From positions 96,001-160,000 of the forward strand of contig OY820591.1 of NCBI GenBank assembly GCA_963555985.3: a stretch of 64,000 bases of DNA, given 5' to 3'. Below the pieces are notes generated by a model. That model was not told the DNA's origin. It saw nothing but the letters and a program-made list of their open reading frames with translations, and did no database searches. The first letter of the stretch is position 1. The number at the start of each line of letters is the position of its first letter. The position numbers were made by a program, and so were the translations under genes. This DNA comes from Dehalococcoidia bacterium (GTDB lineage Bacteria > Chloroflexota > Dehalococcoidia > Bin125). Below are positions 28,645-38,089 of this stretch, piece after piece.

Positions 28645-31119
28645 TCAGAGGACCTGATCGTCCGAGGCGGCCGCGAGCAGGTTGATCAGAGGGGGATTGG
28701 GATGTGGGGGGGGGGGGGGGGGTACGTGTGTTCGGCTTTCAGGCTCGGGCATGCGGTAGCCGAGGCCGGGCTCGGTGAAGACGTAGCTGGGGCGGTCGGC
28801 GTCGTCGTTGAGCTTGCGCCGCAGCCGCCGGACCAGGGAGCGGACCGGGCGGGTGTCGTCGAAGCGGCGTCGGTGCCAGACGCGGCTGAGCAGGCGTTCG
28901 TAGCTGATCGTCTCTCCGGCGTGGAGGGAGAGTTCGCGCAGCACGGCGTATTCGGTAGCGGTCAGCTGGACGGTTTTGCCGGCGACAGTGACGGCGCGTT
29001 GAACGTAATCGATGCGGAGTTGGCCGAGTTGGAAGGGCGGTTCCGCTTCGGGTGCAGGCGCGGCGGGCGCGGCGGGGATCGTGGAGGACGTTTCTTGGCG
29101 ATTGAGGACGATTTGGAGTCTAGTGATGAGTTCGGTGGGCGAGATTGGTTTATTGAGATAGTCGGCGGCGCCCTGTTGGAGTGCGCGGGCGATGCGTTCG
29201 TCTTGGCCGGGCCGGGAGAGCAGGAGTACTGGGACCTTGAGACGCCCGGTAATTTTGGAGATCAGTTCGTCTTGGTCGATCTCGGGCAGCATCAGGTCGA
29301 GGATGGCGGCCTGGGGCCGGTGACGTTCGATCAGGTTGAGGACGTCCGCCGGATCTTCGGAGGCGATCGGCGCATACTGCGCTTGAGCGAGCTGTTGGTG
29401 GAGGATGCGCAGACTCTCCGGGTCTCTGTCTACCAGCAGGACGGAAGCGCGAGCGGTCGGGTCTGCTGCGGGCGGCTGGGCGGCGGCGAAGGGGAGGGTG
29501 AAGCTGAAGTGGCTGCCTCGCCCGGGTCCCTCGCTCTCGACCCAGATGCGGCCGTCGTGAGCCTCGACGATGCCGCGGCAGACGGACAAATCGAGGTCGG
29601 TTGCGAGGGACCCGGGTTGCTCGTCGTTGTTCGAGAAGTCGAGCTTGCGGAAGACTTGGCGCAGGCGTCCGGGGGCGATGCCCTCGCCCCGGTTCGTGAC
29701 CGTGATGGCGACGTGCGCGTCGTTGATTGCGGCGCGGAGCAGGATCGGCGTATTGGCGGGGGAATGCAGGACGGCGATGGTGAGCAGGTCGTGGAGGACG
29801 CGGGTGATCCGCTGACGGTCGGCGAGCACCGGGGGCAGCTGCGGTTCGAACTCGAGCACGATGCGGCGTCCGCCCGGGAAGGCGTTGCGAGTCTCGCTCA
29901 GAAGCAGCGCGACATCAACGGTTTCGCGGTTCAGCGAGAGCGTGCCGGACTGGGCCTGCACTTGTTCCAGCAGGTCTTGGATCAATCTCTGCAAGTGCTC
30001 CGCCTGGTCGTTGATGATGCGCAAGAACTGGCGCATCTCGTCCGCCCGGAAGTCGTCGCGCTTGTCCAGCAAGGCAGCCGCTGCGCCTTTGATCGAAGTC
30101 GCCGGGAGGCGCAGTGCGTCGGCGGCAAAGGTGGCGAACTCGCCAAACCGGCGTGTCACTTCCTCGATCGGCTGCATATCCTGGAAGGTGACGACGACGG
30201 ATTCGACCTCGCCTTCAGCTGAGCGGATTGGAGCGACGTTGAGGATCGTGGTGACCGATTGACCGTTGGGCAGTTTGAGTACGATTTCCTCGGCGCGGGT
30301 CCGCAAGATGTTGGTGTTGCGCAGGACGCGGGGGAGGGAGATTTCGTTGAGCGCCTGCTCGCGTCCGTCGCCGCGCCGGATCGTGCCTCGCTGCATCAGC
30401 TCATCGAACAGTTTCTCCGTCGGGCGGCCGGGCTGGTTCACCTTGGCGAGGATGTGCCGCGCTCCGCGGTTGAGCCAGGGCGTCGCGCCGGTCTTGGCGT
30501 CCAGGATGATCACGCCGACCGGCAAGGCCTCGAGCAGATCGCTGGTGTCGATTTGAGCGTGCGCCTGCTCGGCCTGACGGCGCGCGTTGGCGAGCGCGAG
30601 CGCGGCCTGGTCGGTGAAGAGACGCATCAACTCTTCGTCTTCGAGGCTGTAGCCGCCCGTTGCCTTGGTCGCGTGCAGGACGGCCATGGGCGTATCGCCG
30701 TCGCGCAGGGGGAAGGCGAAGATCGCACTGATCGGCATGGGCAAGTTGAGCCAGTCGAGCGGGGTGGGGTTGCTCTCGATCTCACCTACGCGCATCGGCG
30801 TGCGCAGCCCCGGTACCGGCGTGTAGGACTGCCGGTGCATGTCCAGGGCGCGCAGGGCCTCGTGTTCGTCGGGCGTGAGCCCCGAGGAGTACAATTCCTC
30901 CAGCGCTTCGCTGGGGTCGTAGAGGCCGAGGGCGGCGTAGTCGGAGCCGAGCAGACTGCGGACGCTCTCCATGATCACATTCGGCAGCGTCTCCAGATCG
31001 AGGTTCGCGTGGAGCTTCAGGATCGCCTCGCTGAGCCTGGACAGGCGCTCGCCGGGTGACGTCTCGGTCTGCTCTGCGATCTGCGCTGCCTGCTCTATGA
31101 GCTCCGTTGACTGATTCAT
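28645..31119 (-). CDS. GAF-PAS-histidine kinase-like-receiver-winged helix hybrid regulator
   Basis: GAF and PAS patterns, IVEAHDGRIWVESEG, ILDLMLP, GAADYLNKP, LTATEY, TEPGLGYR. Confidence 0.85.
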   Translation of the reverse strand: MNQSTELIEQAAQIAEQTETSPGERLSRLSEAILKLHANLDLETLPNVIMESVRSLLGSDYAALGLYDPSEALEELYSSGLTPDEHEALRALDMHRQSYTPVPGLRTPMRVGEIESNPTPLDWLNLPMPISAIFAFPLRDGDTPMAVLHATKATGGYSLEDEELMRLFTDQAALALANARRQAEQAHAQIDTSDLLEALPVGVIILDAKTGATPWLNRGARHILAKVNQPGRPTEKLFDELMQRGTIRRGDGREQALNEISLPRVLRNTNILRTRAEEIVLKLPNGQSVTTILNVAPIRSAEGEVESVVVTFQDMQPIEEVTRRFGEFATFAADALRLPATSIKGAAAALLDKRDDFRADEMRQFLRIINDQAEHLQRLIQDLLEQVQAQSGTLSLNRETVDVALLLSETRNAFPGGRRIVLEFEPQLPPVLADRQRITRVLHDLLTIAVLHSPANTPILLRAAINDAHVAITVTNRGEGIAPGRLRQVFRKLDFSNNDEQPGSLATDLDLSVCRGIVEAHDGRIWVESEGPGRGSHFSFTLPFAAAQPPAADPTARASVLLVDRDPESLRILHQQLAQAQYAPIASEDPADVLNLIERHRPQAAILDLMLPEIDQDELISKITGRLKVPVLLLSRPGQDERIARALQQGAADYLNKPISPTELITRLQIVLNRQETSSTIPAAPAAPAPEAEPPFQLGQLRIDYVQRAVTVAGKTVQLTATEYAVLRELSLHAGETISYERLLSRVWHRRRFDDTRPVRSLVRRLRRKLNDDADRPSYVFTEPGLGYRMPEPESRTHVPPPPPPHPNPPLINLLAAASDDQVL

Positions 31120-31390
31120 CTTGCCTCCTCCGTCACGCCATCACTCAACTCGACACGGACTGTGCTCGATTCAGCACGGATTGTGTGACAGTAGCCGATA
31201 ATTCGCGTCTGTCAAGCGGGCTGCCCGTCACGGCGGCGGCGCCAGATCGTCACAGAGCGCTTTGGGGCTGTGACACAGTGTCTTCGGGTTGTCGCTTTCA
31301 CTGCTCAAAAGTGAACAGACACCCAGAACGGGCGGCGTTCGCTAGACGGTAATATCACAGATCTGATGTGATATGGCAAGGAGCGCAGCG

Positions 31391-32302
31391 ATGCGGATTA
31401 CAGACGACGCCGGTATTTCCGATTTGCTGATTGGCGAGGAAACGCGGCTTTGCGGCGGTTTTGGGTTCATTGAGGGGCCGATCTGGATCGCCTCCGACAA
31501 CGCACTCGTCTTCAGCGACATCCCGGGCAACCGCCAGCACATCTGGCGGCCGGGCGACTCCGAGGCGGAGGTCTACCGCGAGCCGAGCGGCTGGTCGAAC
31601 GGGCTAACGCTCGATGCAGCCGGCAACCTGCTCGCCTGCGAACACGGCGGCCGCCGCGTCTCGAGCGCGCCCTACGGCTCGCCCGGCAGCGAGACCGCGC
31701 TCGCCGACAGCTGGGACGGCAAGGCGCTGAACAGCCCCAACGACCTCGTCGTTCACTCCTCGGGCGCGATCTTCTTCACCGATCCGGCCTACGGCGTCGA
31801 CACGGGACGCACCCCCCGCTTCGGCCAGGAGGGTCAGACCCAGGAGCTCGACTTCCAGGGTGTCTACCGGATCGACCCCGACGGCTCGCTCCACTGCGTC
31901 GCCCCCGCCGGCTTCTCCAACCCCAACGGCCTCGCCTTCAACCCCGACGAGTCCCAGCTCTACATCGGCGACTCGCAGGAGGGGCTGATCTGGCGCTACG
32001 AGGTGAACGCCGACCTCACGCTCGGAGACCGCATCCTCTTCGTCGATCAGTCCAACGACGACCGTCTAGGCGCGCCGGACGGGATGAAGGTGGATAGCGA
32101 GGGTCGGCTGTGGACGACGGGCGCGGGTGGGGTCTCAGTCCACGCCGCCGACGGCGCCTACCTCGGTGTCTTCGAGATGGACGAACACGCCGCCAACCTC
32201 ACCTTCGGTGGCGATGATTTTTCGACGCTCTACATGACGGCGGGGACGAGTCTCTACAGCATTGAGACGTCGGTGCGCGGGATCGTGCCGGGTTCGCGGT
32301 AG
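31391..32302 (+). CDS. SMP-30/gluconolactonase family protein
   Basis: EGPIW, FSDIP, NSPND, FTDP, PNGLAF, PDGMKVD. Confidence 0.92.
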   Translation: MRITDDAGISDLLIGEETRLCGGFGFIEGPIWIASDNALVFSDIPGNRQHIWRPGDSEAEVYREPSGWSNGLTLDAAGNLLACEHGGRRVSSAPYGSPGSETALADSWDGKALNSPNDLVVHSSGAIFFTDPAYGVDTGRTPRFGQEGQTQELDFQGVYRIDPDGSLHCVAPAGFSNPNGLAFNPDESQLYIGDSQEGLIWRYEVNADLTLGDRILFVDQSNDDRLGAPDGMKVDSEGRLWTTGAGGVSVHAADGAYLGVFEMDEHAANLTFGGDDFSTLYMTAGTSLYSIETSVRGIVPGSR

Positions 32303-32309
32303 GGCAATG

Positions 32310-32526
32310 CTCCGTCATTGCCGCGCTTGCCGCGGCAATCTCGCCGCGCTGTGCACTGACGTCCGAGCTGGAACGGCGAGTGATCCCCGCCTTTGGAGGC
32401 CTGTGCAAAACGCCCGTTTCCGTCATTCCCGCGCAGGGAGGCCTTTGCAAAACAGCCATTTCCGTCATTCCAGGCTTGACCTGGAATCTCGTTCGGAGTT
32501 CGGTCTATCCGGTCGGGCGAGATTCC
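32310..32526 (+). repeat. Cluster of family A REP-like palindromes; the last doublet is interrupted by IS30
   Basis: CCGTCATTGCCGCG..CGCGGCAATCTC; CCGTCATTCCCGCG; CCGTCATTCCAGG..CCTGGAATCTC. Confidence 0.8.
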
Positions 32527-33565
32527 CTAGTCTCACAGACGAAGTGCGACAGATGATTGAGGTGAGCCCATGGGCGCGCAGTACACGCAGTTGGACCTGG
32601 CGGAGCGATGCGCGGTTGCCCGCTTACAGGCCGAGGGGCGCTCGATCCGGCAGATCGCTGCAGCTCTGGATCGCTCGCCATCGACGATTGCTCGAGAGCT
32701 GAAACGCAACACGGCGCGCGACGGCTACCGTCCCGACTACGCCCAGCAACAGGCCCAGGCGCGGCGCTGGCGCGGTTCGCGGCTGGAACGCGACGATCAG
32801 CTGCGCGCGCGGGTGCTGCGCGAGTTGGCCCGCGGGCTCTCGCCGCAACAGGTCGCAGGCCGGCTGGCGCGCGAGGCGGGCGCGCCGGTGATCTCGCACG
32901 AGAGCATCTATCGCTTCATCTACGCCCAAGCCTCGCGGGCCAAGCCCGGCCGCGGCGGCGGTTGGCGCCAGTATCTGCCGCGGCGCAAGGCGAAACGCGG
33001 TTGGCGCGGGCGCAAAGGCGGCAGTTCGGTCGAGCGCATCCAACTGCGGCGGCCCCTGAGCGAGCGCCCGGCGGCGGCCGCCGGGCGGCTCGAAGCCGGT
33101 CACTGGGAGGCCGACCTGATGCTCTTCGGGCGCGGCGGTCCGCTCCTGCTGATGCTGCACGAGCGCTCCTCGCGGCTGCTCGTGGGCTTGCCCGTGGCGG
33201 GCAAGGCGGCCGCTCCGGTCGCGCGCCTGCTGCTCAGCCTGCTCCGCGCCTGGCCGCCCGCCCTGCGGCGCACGGTCGCGTTCGACAACGGGACCGAGTT
33301 CGCCCGCCACTACGAACTGCACCGGCTGGGCGTGGAGACCTTCTTCTGCGACCCCTACGCGCCCTGGCAGAAGGGCGGGATCGAGAATGCGATCGGACGC
33401 CTGCGCCGGGTCCTGCCGCGCCGGCTCGACCTCGCCCAACTCAGCCTCGCGCGTTTGATCGAAGTGCTGCAGTTGTACAACAACACCCCCCGCCAGTGCC
33501 TCGACTACCTCTCCCCGGCCGAAGTCTTCGGTCGGCAGTTGTTGCAGTTGCAATGTGAACCCACC
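32527..33565 (+). mobile_element. IS30 family insertion sequence
   Basis: Bounds from comparison with the empty REP doublet at 13065-13172; imperfect terminal IRs (TCACAgacgAAgTGCgACA vs TGTtGCAgTTgcaaTGTGA). Confidence 0.8.
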
Positions 33566-33586
33566 TTCCAGCTTTCGCTGGAATGA
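32570..33586 (+). CDS. IS30 transposase
   Basis: HTH SIRQIA..RSPSTIARELKRN, SHESIY, GHWEAD, FDNGTEF, PWQKGGIEN, NNTPR..L. Confidence 0.93.
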   Translation: MGAQYTQLDLAERCAVARLQAEGRSIRQIAAALDRSPSTIARELKRNTARDGYRPDYAQQQAQARRWRGSRLERDDQLRARVLRELARGLSPQQVAGRLAREAGAPVISHESIYRFIYAQASRAKPGRGGGWRQYLPRRKAKRGWRGRKGGSSVERIQLRRPLSERPAAAAGRLEAGHWEADLMLFGRGGPLLLMLHERSSRLLVGLPVAGKAAAPVARLLLSLLRAWPPALRRTVAFDNGTEFARHYELHRLGVETFFCDPYAPWQKGGIENAIGRLRRVLPRRLDLAQLSLARLIEVLQLYNNTPRQCLDYLSPAEVFGRQLLQLQCEPTFQLSLE

Positions 33587-33968
33587 CGAGAGCAGCGGGA
33601 ATGCCAATTTGCAAAGGCCTCCGCAGGCGGGAATCTCGAAGCAACCAAGCCCGAAGCCACCTCCACATCTGGTCGTACCGCCAAATTCACATCGCGCGAT
33701 CCGCTCCTCCGAGTCCTCAGCCGCCCGCAGTGGATTTTCGCAAACGTTTCCTCGGGCCTGTTCACACAACCACGAGCGCGGTCGGCCCGCACGCGCGCCG
33801 GTCTCGAGGCTGAGCCTCGGCGCTCCGCTCCCCGCCCTCCGCAACCGAGCCGAAACCGGGTATGCTCAGAACATATACGCGCACGAATCCAATGGGAGCT
33901 CGCGATGTTCCGTGAACGACTCGCGCCAAACCTGGACGCTGCTGGACAGGCCCGGATTCTTCGGGAAA

Positions 33969-34038
33969 AATCTGCCCGAATCGAGATCAATCCAGACGGA
34001 TCTGGACAAATCTGGACAGATCTGGACAAATCCAGACC
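33969..34038 (+). repeat. Degenerate 10-bp tandem repeat, (A/G)ATCTGGACA-like, about 7 units
   Basis: aatccagacg gatctggaca aatctggaca gatctggaca aatccagacc. Confidence 0.7.
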
Positions 34039-34140
34039 CGCGAACGCGCGATCCTCAGCGCTCAACAGGAGATCCGCTCAATCCCTCCGAAATTCTCCCG
34101 CCAAACAGCGCCGACACACTTCGCGCAGTGTGAACACGTC

Positions 34141-34632
34141 CTAGCCCGCCTCGCGCAGCACCGACTCGAACACCGCCAGCGTCCGCTTCGTGAACAGCCA
34201 CATGTTCTCTTCGCGGTCTTCGAGGCCGGTTTCGAGGGTTTCGACATATTCCGTCGGGCCGGCGATCGCGATGCAGGTGTGGCCGGAGGCATCCCCATAA
34301 ACATTCCCGCCCGGACCCGCCGCGCCCGTCTCGCCGATGCCCCAGGTCGCGCCGAGCCGCTCGCGGATCGTCTCGGCGATGATCTGCGCGTAGGGTTCGC
34401 TGCTGGATCGGACACCCGGGTAGTCGTCAAGCTCGATTTCGAGGAAGGTCGAGCGCGCCACCCCCGTGTAGGTCACGGCCGCGCCCGCGTAGTAGCGCGA
34501 GGCGCCCGGGATCGAGAGCAGCGCCGCCGAGACCAGCCCGCCCGCCGTCGTCTCGCAGATGGCGACGGTCTCGCCCCGCTCTCGCAACAGTCCCGCGATC
34601 GCCTCGGCCATCGGTTGCAGTGATTCGGCCAT
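34141..34632 (-). CDS. CinA C-terminal / PncC family protein
   Basis: ETTAGGL, PGASRYY, GETGAAGPGG. Confidence 0.85.
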   Translation of the reverse strand: MAESLQPMAEAIAGLLRERGETVAICETTAGGLVSAALLSIPGASRYYAGAAVTYTGVARSTFLEIELDDYPGVRSSSEPYAQIIAETIRERLGATWGIGETGAAGPGGNVYGDASGHTCIAIAGPTEYVETLETGLEDREENMWLFTKRTLAVFESVLREAG

Positions 34633-34701
34633 GATTCCTCCGTCCGCGTTCGCCCAGGCGATAGTATCGGGCAAGATTGCAGCGCTTGCAGGAGGACCGT
34701 C

Positions 34702-35520
34702 ATGAGCACACCGATCCGCGTCCACGTCGTCGCCGGAGGATTCCCGCCCGGCAAACACGCCGGACATGACATCGACTACGCGCGGATGCGCATCCTGATG
34801 GCGTTGCAGTCGAACGAGGACGTGCACACCACCGTGAGCAGCGACTTCAGCGACTGCCACAAGTGGATCCGCGACGCTCACCTGCTGATCTGCTATGTGG
34901 CGGGGCCGTTCGCGGACGAGTACCAGACCGGCATAATCCGCGACTGGCTTGGCGAGGGCGGTCGCTGGCTGGCGCTGCACGGGAGCACCGGCGGCAAGGC
35001 CGAGCGCATCGGCCGCGACGACAACCGGCGACGCCTCGTCAAGATGGACTACCACGAGGCGCTAGGCGGATTCTTCATGACTCACCCGCCGATCCGCGAG
35101 ATGGACGTCAAGGTCTCCGACCACAACCACCCGCTCACCTACAACCTGCCCAACAACTTCCCAGTCCAGGACGAGCCCTACATGGTCGAGGTGATCCACC
35201 CCGACACGCAGGTGTTGCTGACCACCGAAGACATCGAGTCGCCGCCTTACGTCGAGGAGATCTACGGCGGCGACCTCTCGCTCTTGCCCGACGGCAAGTC
35301 GCACGCGCTCGGTTTCGCTCGCAAGGTCGGGGAGGGCGAAGTCGCCTACATCGCGCCGGGCCACTGCCACACGCCGCTGACCAACGGCCAGCGATCGGTG
35401 CATGAGAGCATCTCGCCGGACGGCAGCGTGCCGCTGCACTTCCGCGGTCCGTGGGAGACCGACGCTTACGAGCAACTGCTGAAGAATGCGATCGACTGGG
35501 GCACGGGGGTCAATGGGTAG
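34702..35520 (+). CDS. ThuA-like (glutamine amidotransferase fold) domain protein
   Basis: GGRWLALHG, LGGFFMTHP, DEPY, GEGEVAYIAPGH. Confidence 0.8.
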   Translation: MSTPIRVHVVAGGFPPGKHAGHDIDYARMRILMALQSNEDVHTTVSSDFSDCHKWIRDAHLLICYVAGPFADEYQTGIIRDWLGEGGRWLALHGSTGGKAERIGRDDNRRRLVKMDYHEALGGFFMTHPPIREMDVKVSDHNHPLTYNLPNNFPVQDEPYMVEVIHPDTQVLLTTEDIESPPYVEEIYGGDLSLLPDGKSHALGFARKVGEGEVAYIAPGHCHTPLTNGQRSVHESISPDGSVPLHFRGPWETDAYEQLLKNAIDWGTGVNG

Positions 35521-35609
35521 CGCAGCCGACTGCCCAGGTGGCGGCATTCGATGTACAATGACTGAGCACATTTGCAGAGGCGCTTAGGCATCGAGCCGAA
35601 CGCCGCACC

Positions 35610-35635
35610 CTACGGCCGCTTTCGGGCGGTCGTAG
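35610..35635 (+). promoter_or_regulatory. Stem-loop just upstream of the DUF3800 gene
   Basis: CTACGGCCGCT-TTCG-GGCGGTCGTAG. Confidence 0.55.
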
Positions 35636-35650
35636 TCGTTTCACACTCCT

Positions 35651-36475
35651 ATGTACGTTTGCTACGTCGACGAGTCAGGTGGGTTTGAGGCGCCGAATTC
35701 GGGAAGCGGCGCAACGCCGCTGATGGTGATCGCTGGGTTGATCGTCCCGGCAACGGCCATTTCTGCGATGACTGAGGATCTTCTGTTCTTGAACCGCGAA
35801 TTTTACCCGAACCGAACGTCGCGGAGACTCGACGATGTTCTGCTGGAGATCAAAGGGTCGGCGCTTCGCGCGCAGGCTCGCTCAGACCGGCGCCGCAGCC
35901 GGCGACATGCGATTCAGCTCCTCGATCGCATTGTTGGACTCCTAGAGCGGCATGAAGTCCGGCTGTTGGGCCGCGTATGGATCAAAGAGCCAACCGAGGG
36001 GCTGGAGCCGCGAGCGACCTATACATTCTCGATTCAAGACATCGCAAGGCACTTCAACCACTTTTTGGAGGCGCAGGATTCAGAGGGCATCATCTTGTGC
36101 GACAGCAGAAGGCACGCCCAAGACGTCCAGGTCGCGCACTCCATCTTTACCCAGAAGCACAAGGCTTCCGGAGATGAGTTTCCTCGCCTCATCGAACCGG
36201 TCGTGTTCGGCCGAAGTGAGAATCATGCCGGCCTGCAGATCGCGGATATCGTGGCATCAAGCCTGCTCTTCCCGATCGGGGCGCGCGTGTATTGCAGCCA
36301 AGAGACAGGCGGAGTCCACTCGGATCCGAGATTTGACGACCTTCGCCTGAGATACTCCTCCCGCCTGGGCGCTCGCCGGTATCTCTACGTTGATTCCGCC
36401 GGGAAGACGCGGGGCGGTGTGGTAGTCAGCGACAGACTGACCAGAAAACCGTCCGGGTTACTCTTTCGGTTGTGA
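35651..36475 (+). CDS. DUF3800 domain protein
   Basis: N-terminal YVDESG, EIKG, C-terminal LQIADIVA. Confidence 0.85.
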   Translation: MYVCYVDESGGFEAPNSGSGATPLMVIAGLIVPATAISAMTEDLLFLNREFYPNRTSRRLDDVLLEIKGSALRAQARSDRRRSRRHAIQLLDRIVGLLERHEVRLLGRVWIKEPTEGLEPRATYTFSIQDIARHFNHFLEAQDSEGIILCDSRRHAQDVQVAHSIFTQKHKASGDEFPRLIEPVVFGRSENHAGLQIADIVASSLLFPIGARVYCSQETGGVHSDPRFDDLRLRYSSRLGARRYLYVDSAGKTRGGVVVSDRLTRKPSGLLFRL

Positions 36476-36586
36476 TCGCAGCGAATTGCATCCCGTAGCC
36501 TGCCTTTGGCTCGAACAGAGGCGCAATCAGGACTCCCGCCCAATCATGATCCCTCCGATTCCCACACACCCGAACAGACCCGACCC

Positions 36587-38089
36587 ATGACCACCAACGC
36601 CGACCTCGAACACCTCGCCGAACTCCGCCGCCGCCGCGACGAATTCTTCGCACCCAATCCTGACGCCGAAGAACGCGCGCACGGACGCGGACTCCTCACC
36701 GCCAACGAGCGAATCAACCTGCTGCTCGATCCCGGCAGCCAGTGGGCGTTCGGCTACGGCCTGGGACCAACTCCGCTGCAGCTGGGCTTCGGCGAGATTC
36801 ACGGCCGGCCGGTGCTCTACAAGGCGCACGACGCGTCCGGCGGCGTAGGCGCGTACAACCTGCGCTCGCGGGTCAACATGCGCGCCGTCGGACACATCGT
36901 CGACAAGGCCGCCCTGCCCATGTTCTACCTCTTCCAGGGCGCGGGTGGACAGATCGAGGACCACATCATGTCCTCGGGTTTCTCCGCCGTCGGCGGCCAG
37001 AACGTCGGTGCCCGCTCCAGCGTGCCCCGACGCGGCGGCGTCTATACCGCCATCCTCGGCAACTCGTTCGCTCCTTGGGCCGCGTCGGTCGCCGACTTCT
37101 CGGTGATGACCCCACGCGCCACGGCGACTTTCGTTAGTCCCTTCATCATCGAGTTCGCCACCGGCAAACGCCCCGATCTCTACGAGATGGGCGGCGTCGA
37201 CGTCCATACCAAGCTCACGGGACAGATCTGCCGACGCGCCGAGGACGAAGCCGAGGCGATGGAAACGCTCCGCACCTGCTTCTCCTATCTCCCCGGCCAC
37301 GCCTTCGAGTCCGCCCCCCGCGTCATGTCCGGCGACCCCAAGGATCGCTGTGACGAAGAGCTGCGCACGCTGGTACCGAAGTATCCCAACCGTCCCTATG
37401 AAGTGCGCAAGATCATCGAGCGGGTCGTCGACCGCGACAGCTTCTTCGAGTGGCAGCCCGAGTTCGGCATGAACCTGGTCACGGGCTTCGCCCGCCTGGA
37501 CGGGCACACAGTCGCGATCATGGCGAATCAGCCCAGAGTGCGCGGCGGCGCGATCGACATGAACGCCTTAATCAAGGCGCGGCGCATGGTCAAGACCGCC
37601 CGAACCTTCTCTCTGCCGCTACTTACCTTCTGCGACACGCCGGGAATCATGACCACGCAGGAAGAAGAACACAAAGGGCTGCTGACCGAGACCACGATCT
37701 ACATCTCCGAGAAGATGGCCTCAGAGGTACAGACCGTCTGCGTCACGCTGGGCAAAGGCATCGGCATGGGCTACTTCATCATGGGCGGCAGCGATCCGGA
37801 GGCGATCACGCTCTCCTGGCCGACGACCCAGATCGCTTATCTGGGACCGGAAGGCGGCGCGGCGGTCGTGTATCGCAAGGCCTTGGCTGCGGCAGAGCCG
37901 GACGACCATCGCCGATTGCTCGACGAACTGGCCGAGCCCTTCCGCCGCAACATGAACCCCTGGCGCGGCGCTCAGATGGCCACGATCGACAACATCATCG
38001 ATCCCGTAGAGACGCGACCGCGCGTGATTCAGGCGTTTGAAGCCCTGCGCCGCAGATCAACTCACCGGGGACGTGGAGGACGCAGATGA
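36587..38089 (+). CDS. Acyl-CoA carboxylase carboxyltransferase-like subunit
   Basis: GLLTANERINLLLDPGS, MGGVDVH, TGFARLDG..IMANQP, DTPG, IIDPVETR. Confidence 0.85.
   Translation: MTTNADLEHLAELRRRRDEFFAPNPDAEERAHGRGLLTANERINLLLDPGSQWAFGYGLGPTPLQLGFGEIHGRPVLYKAHDASGGVGAYNLRSRVNMRAVGHIVDKAALPMFYLFQGAGGQIEDHIMSSGFSAVGGQNVGARSSVPRRGGVYTAILGNSFAPWAASVADFSVMTPRATATFVSPFIIEFATGKRPDLYEMGGVDVHTKLTGQICRRAEDEAEAMETLRTCFSYLPGHAFESAPRVMSGDPKDRCDEELRTLVPKYPNRPYEVRKIIERVVDRDSFFEWQPEFGMNLVTGFARLDGHTVAIMANQPRVRGGAIDMNALIKARRMVKTARTFSLPLLTFCDTPGIMTTQEEEHKGLLTETTIYISEKMASEVQTVCVTLGKGIGMGYFIMGGSDPEAITLSWPTTQIAYLGPEGGAAVVYRKALAAAEPDDHRRLLDELAEPFRRNMNPWRGAQMATIDNIIDPVETRPRVIQAFEALRRRSTHRGRGGRR

Noticed and set aside
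25688-31350. Genomic island integrated at tRNA-Lys
   Set aside because: No integrase and no duplicated tRNA 3' end were seen
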